From NCBI GenBank assembly GCA_009914755.4, contig CP068257.2, positions 25,504,001-25,568,000 on the forward strand: a stretch of DNA of 64,000 nucleotides. Direction: 5' to 3'. Under the pieces are notes generated by a model, which was not told where the DNA came from, did no database searches, and worked only from the letters and a program-made list of their open reading frames with translations. The stretch comes from the human T2T-CHM13v2.0 reference genome, Homo sapiens. Numbering within the stretch: position 1 is the stretch's first letter; each line of letters begins with the position of its first letter. Made by a program: the position numbers and the translations under genes. This document shows, one piece after another, positions 58,986-64,000 of the stretch.

Positions 58986-59499
58986 ACTTTGAATGAAAAG
59001 ACAAGTTTTCCACCCCAATATAACCAATATACAATGATACATCATTTTAAAAATGTAATTCTAAAAAGGGATTGTTGGGTGACACTCTTACATGAATTTT
59101 GTCCTAATATTGGTCTTTGTGAGGGTGGTGGCCAATGCTCCTTGGAATGTCCTGCCTATTCTTTTTTCCTAATGTGGCCTTACGTAAACTGAGGTCATGG
59201 AAGCATGAAATCCAAAATTTTCTAACAAGGCTTCCAAGGGTGGATCTTATTTGTTTCAGTAGAACAAAACTTGCTATTCTAATGGTCTCTCCACTTTTCC
59301 TTCTGCCTCTGAGCAAGATGAAGAAAAAAAGATGAAGCTGTTTTCCAGAGACCAGCACTTCATCCCTGAGAAAATGTCAAGATTATAGGCATGCTCTATA
59401 GAAGATAATGAGTTAATACCGGTAATTTGTTTACTCATATTTGAAACTCAGTTTCCCTATTTGAACAATGGAAATTATAATATCTTCTTCTCAAGTTTA

Positions 59500-59625
59500 T
59501 GTATTTGATCCTTCATAAATATAGAAGAAATGTACCTGTTTTTTCTTGTTATCCTCTGTGATTTGCTTTTTCATAAATATAGGAGAAATGTCCCTATTTT
59601 TTCTTTAGTTATCCCCCATGAGAAG
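59500..59625. repeat. tandem duplication of about 63 bp (two copies)
   Basis: tccttcataaatatagaagaaatgtacctgttttttcttgttatcctctgtgatttgctttt is followed by tcataaatataggagaaatgtccctattttttctttagttatcccccatgag. Confidence 0.75.
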
Positions 59626-61664
59626 CTTGACAAACATCTGCACCACCCAGTGATCTATATTAAGGTAGTCTGATTCTAAAAATTCACAATTTGAGAAAAA
59701 TATTCCCTCCTTCCAATTTCTCTCTGTCCATATTCACTGAGTTGGTAGAAAACCTATTATTTTAAAGTATATCATCAGATTGAATTATTCTCAGTCACTT
59801 CTAAGACAAGTTTAATCTGCCATGGCTAGAAATGTCATCTTTGTTTCATTATTGTTACCTGAGAGTATTTATACATAAGGAAACAATAAGTACCTGAAAG
59901 ATATGTAATTTCGTTATAAGTACCTGAGAGGTATGAATAGCTAGATCACTAATACTTTTCAGTCATATAATTTTAGAATATTTTAAAAGGGCAAACACAT
60001 ATAGGGCACTTTCACATATGTTCCTTGAGTCTTGAAGGAGCTTTTACTGATATCTGTGGTATGTTTTTAAGTCATCTGCATGAATAGTTAGTACAGCAGC
60101 TTTAAGTCAGATAATTTCTTATAGTCAGAAAACAAAAAACAAACTTGCTGCAAACATAGGAATTTTAATGATAAGAGAAAAAAATATTTTTTAAAGCCTT
60201 TCTCTGACAAATCCAGGAAACATAATCTTCAAGTATCATGGATTTCTTTGAAAATATAATTATGGTAGAGCTTGTCATTTGCTGCTTTTCTAATAATTTC
60301 AACAAATTTATTTTCTATTTCATATAATTATAATTATCTCATTTTTAGTCTTGTTACAGAAATTAATTTACCTATTATATTTGATTTATATGAATTGTAC
60401 ATGGGAAGAAACCATCACAGAATCATAAAACTGGGGAGAGATGCTAATCTAATCCACAAAGTCTCCTATAATTTGAATGTGGTTGGACACTTCTAATTAA
60501 GCGTTGGATTGACATTCATTTTTCTCTGATTTCTATTTTCTATTTATTAATTATAATGACAATTTTCACCTTTGAAAAATGAATACTGTTAATCATATTT
60601 AGTAAAACTTCTAAAATAGAACAATGTTTGCTTTCTTGGAATTACTGCCACTTGTAACTTTTTTGTTGTATTAGACCTGTGGTAGATAATCTATTTAGGA
60701 TTTTTACACTACCATATGTGAAACTGATCTTCCTTATTTTGAAGAATGGCTAAATCAGGGGAGTATTTGATTGGGGTTCCCAGAAACCAACAAGATGTGG
60801 ATTCATATTCAAATGCTTCCAGGAGAATCAAGTAAGGAAGTTAAGAAAGAGAAAGAAAGGAAACAAAGGTGAGGGTTTTTTTTTTGTTTGTTTTGTTTCT
60901 TTGTTTTTGTCAAATTCCCATTCTCAGCCCAATTCCACCAAGAGCTCTGAGTGTAAGTCACAATGCGGAGTATGTTACTTACAAGAGCAAGGGAGCTAGC
61001 TTGCCTTCCAGGGCCAGTCGGCTATTGGCCAAGGGGCTGCCTAGGAAGAACTGAGCACAGGTAATCTTCCAGGCATTTCTGATCCTAATAGATCTAGTAG
61101 CCCAGGAGAAGTCCTCTGAAGAATGTGGCAGAAGCCGGCTGTTAGAGGCAAACCACACAGAAGCTGGTAAATGTATCTCAGGGGATGTGGGTGAAATACC
61201 AGTGGTGTCCAATGAAGGGATAAATTCCAGAAGAGAAGGCTACACATATTTTTAGATTGACCAGTTTAAAGCGTGCATTAAATCACAAGAATTAAATTTG
61301 GCCCAGGGCAAGTAAATTTGATCACTAATTATCTTGAGTCCACTTTCTGAAGTTAATCCTTAAGATTACATGTATTATCTCCGCATTTAGCCAAATCAAA
61401 TTTCCCCCAGCCCCAGAGTATATGTTAATAGAATTTTTCCAGGAAATACCAAACATAAAAGAGATGCCAAATTAAGAGTGTACAAAGCTATGGGTTTCAC
61501 ATGTGAAAAAGAGACTTTGAGAAATACTTTAAAAATATTGATTACCTTGGATTTTTTTTTCAGTTTGTACATTATTAGCTCAAATATCTTAGCAGTTGGT
61601 GAAGCATGGAATTTTTATGATGTCTTCCAGAAGGAACTAAATGTATTTAAGTACAGGCATTCTT

Positions 61665-62108
61665 TTTTTTATATATATACTTTAAGTTTTGGGATACATG
61701 TGCAGAACGTGCAGGTTTGTTACATAGGTATACACGTGCCACGGTGGTTTTCTGCACCCATCAACCCTTCATCTACATTAGGTATTTCTCCTAATGCTAT
61801 CCCTCCCCTAGCCCCCCACCCCCCAATAGGCCTCACTGTGTGATGTTCCCCTCCCTGTGTTCACATGTTCTCATTGTTCAACTCCCACTTATGAGTGAGA
61901 ACATGCAGTGTTTGGTTTTCTGTTCCTGTGTTATTTTGCTGAGAATGATGGTTTCCAGCTTCATCCATGTCCCTGCAAAGGACATGAACTCATTCTTTTT
62001 TATGGCTGCATAGTATCCCATGGTGTATATGTGCCACATTTTCTTTATCCAGTCCATCATTGATGGGCATTTGGGTTGGTTCCAAGTCTTTGCGATTGTG
62101 AATAGAAG
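61665..62108 (-). mobile_element. L1PA-type L1 3' end (about 440 bp)
   Basis: The antisense sequence tatatactttaagttttgggatacatgtgcagaacgtgcaggtttgttacataggtatacacgtgccacggtggttttctgcacccatcaacccttcatctacattaggtatttctcctaatgc...ccatggtgtatatgtgccacattttctttatccagtccatcattgatgggcatttgggttggttccaagtctttgcgattgtgaatag. The ORF at 61878-62117 is the ORF2p tail. Confidence 0.9.
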
Positions 62109-63473
62109 CACAGACATTTTTAAGGCCTCTAAAATTAGTAGAAGAAATATTTTTAAGAAAAAATTATGTAAGAGTGATTAAATGTCAATGTACTAAATAA
62201 ATATGGTTTCTGTTTTATAATCTATGATTGTGTTTTGAGGTGTTAACCACACAATTTTTTAAAAGTTGATGTTAATCAGCAAATATAAAATTTTGCCAGT
62301 ATTTAATATGTAATTTTGAATTGTTGTGTTAAATGCATTGATGTATGTAAAACACTTAGTGGAGTATTGACCAGAGTGTAGTCTCATTTCATATGATTGA
62401 GTTCTCCTTGCCTTCCTATTTTAATCACATTAGCATTATTAAATAATAGCTACTTTGTTTAGAGAATCTATTGGTATTCTTCAATTAAGAAAAGCTCTTC
62501 GCTCTGTAACTCTGCCTTAAATAATGTTCGGTATTATATGTACAATAATATATATTTTCTAAAGTCTTCTGATCTATAAAATAATGTCATCAATTAGGCA
62601 ATTATTTGATCATTTTTATCCAGAGTACTGTAATTCCTAAAATGAGCATATAACTGAAAGAGGATTTCTACAGAGAAAGAGTTGTTGTTTTCCTAAAACT
62701 TTGAGCTGATGTCCCTGAGCTGTCCTAGGGACATCTGATGTCCTAGCCACTACTCTGCCCCGATTCTGGCAGCTTCTGGGGGACTGGCTCCCATAACCCC
62801 CCTGCGCATCATCTTTTCTGCTGAGCCACGTCTTCTACCTGGCACCTGATCCGAGCCCCAAGGTAGTGATGCGACAGGAGCACTCAGGTTTCTGATGCTG
62901 GTTCTGTTTCTCTCTCATTTTTGTTTTGTCATTCCATTTTTTTACATCTTTTAGGATTACCTGGACTATTCCCTTTCAAATATTCTGGTAGGGCTAATTC
63001 TCTACTGACATATTTAGACACAAAAAATTGACTAATGTAGCTTCATTGGACCATTAGTTGTTGATTCTATCATGGGAATCCCACATGATACCCTGTGATC
63101 GGAGAAGGTGTGTTACCTCATAGGTGTGTTGACATCCTACTGACACTTTCCAAACTATTTCTTTTAGACCATAGAGATTTTAATTTTGATCTTCATTCTG
63201 CAACGTGAACTGATCCCTTAGAGCTAACTTTTGTCTAGAATAGAATCTCTAGTATCTTCCAAAATTCTTGAACTGTGGGACACTGAGTAGGGCTGATATA
63301 CTGAACCTTTCAGATGCCAGCAAAAGCAGTGGAATAGCCAAACTGAAGAGCTAGTGGGCTTGGCTAAGAGCAAAGACATCAGGTTCGTCAAAGGGCCTGA
63401 CATCTATTTTTTTTTTATCCTGTCTCAAAGCAGCTATATAAATATGAAAGGAGTGTGTGAGACAAAACAAAAT

Positions 63474-63768
<295 letters not shown>

Positions 63769-63789
63769 CTACTAGAAATAACTGATTTT

Positions 63790-64000
63790 ATCTTTGTCAT
63801 CTAAAGAGAAAACAATACTCTTGGTTAGTTATAATATATATTTATATATTATACATAATATTTATATATCATATTTTTATATATTTATATATTATAAATA
63901 ATGTTTATATATTTATATATTATAAATAATATTTATATATATTTAATAAATAATGTTTATATATTTATATATTATAAATAATATTTATATATATCTATAT
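63790..64000. repeat. AT-rich minisatellite with a unit of about 30 bp, running off the window end
   Basis: Repeated units atatttatatattataaataatgtttatat and atatttatatattataaataatatttatatat. At least six copies lie in the window. Confidence 0.85.

Overview
I read this window as human (catarrhine primate) nuclear DNA, not as a prokaryotic or viral locus. It is AT-rich. Recognisable interspersed repeats cover roughly half of it. Those repeats comprise at least 19 Alu SINEs and several L1 3' ends, including a twin-primed L1 and a youngish L1PA copy with a 17-bp target-site duplication (TSD). Also present are MaLR long terminal repeats (THE1, MST and MLT1 types), four MIR fragments, one Hsmar1 mariner copy and one MITE-like element. 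Many microsatellites and minisatellites are scattered through it. None of the ORFs in the supplied track looks like a genuine host protein-coding gene. The longest ORFs are translations of L1 ORF2, of Alu, of (TG)n or (TATC)n runs, or of MaLR long terminal repeats (LTRs). I found no CRISPR array, no operon-like gene cluster, and no rRNA or tRNA signature. The suggested novel biological system is therefore not supported by the sequence; the interesting content is transposon archaeology and a few small oddities. Those are the twin-primed L1 with an Alu at its inversion junction, nested insertions with clean TSDs, three near-consensus AluY copies, a locally duplicated composite repeat junction, a 116-bp direct repeat pair flanking a microsatellite cluster, and one weak candidate cassette exon with canonical splice signals. 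All coordinates are approximate (a few bp) because they were derived by eye without alignment tools.
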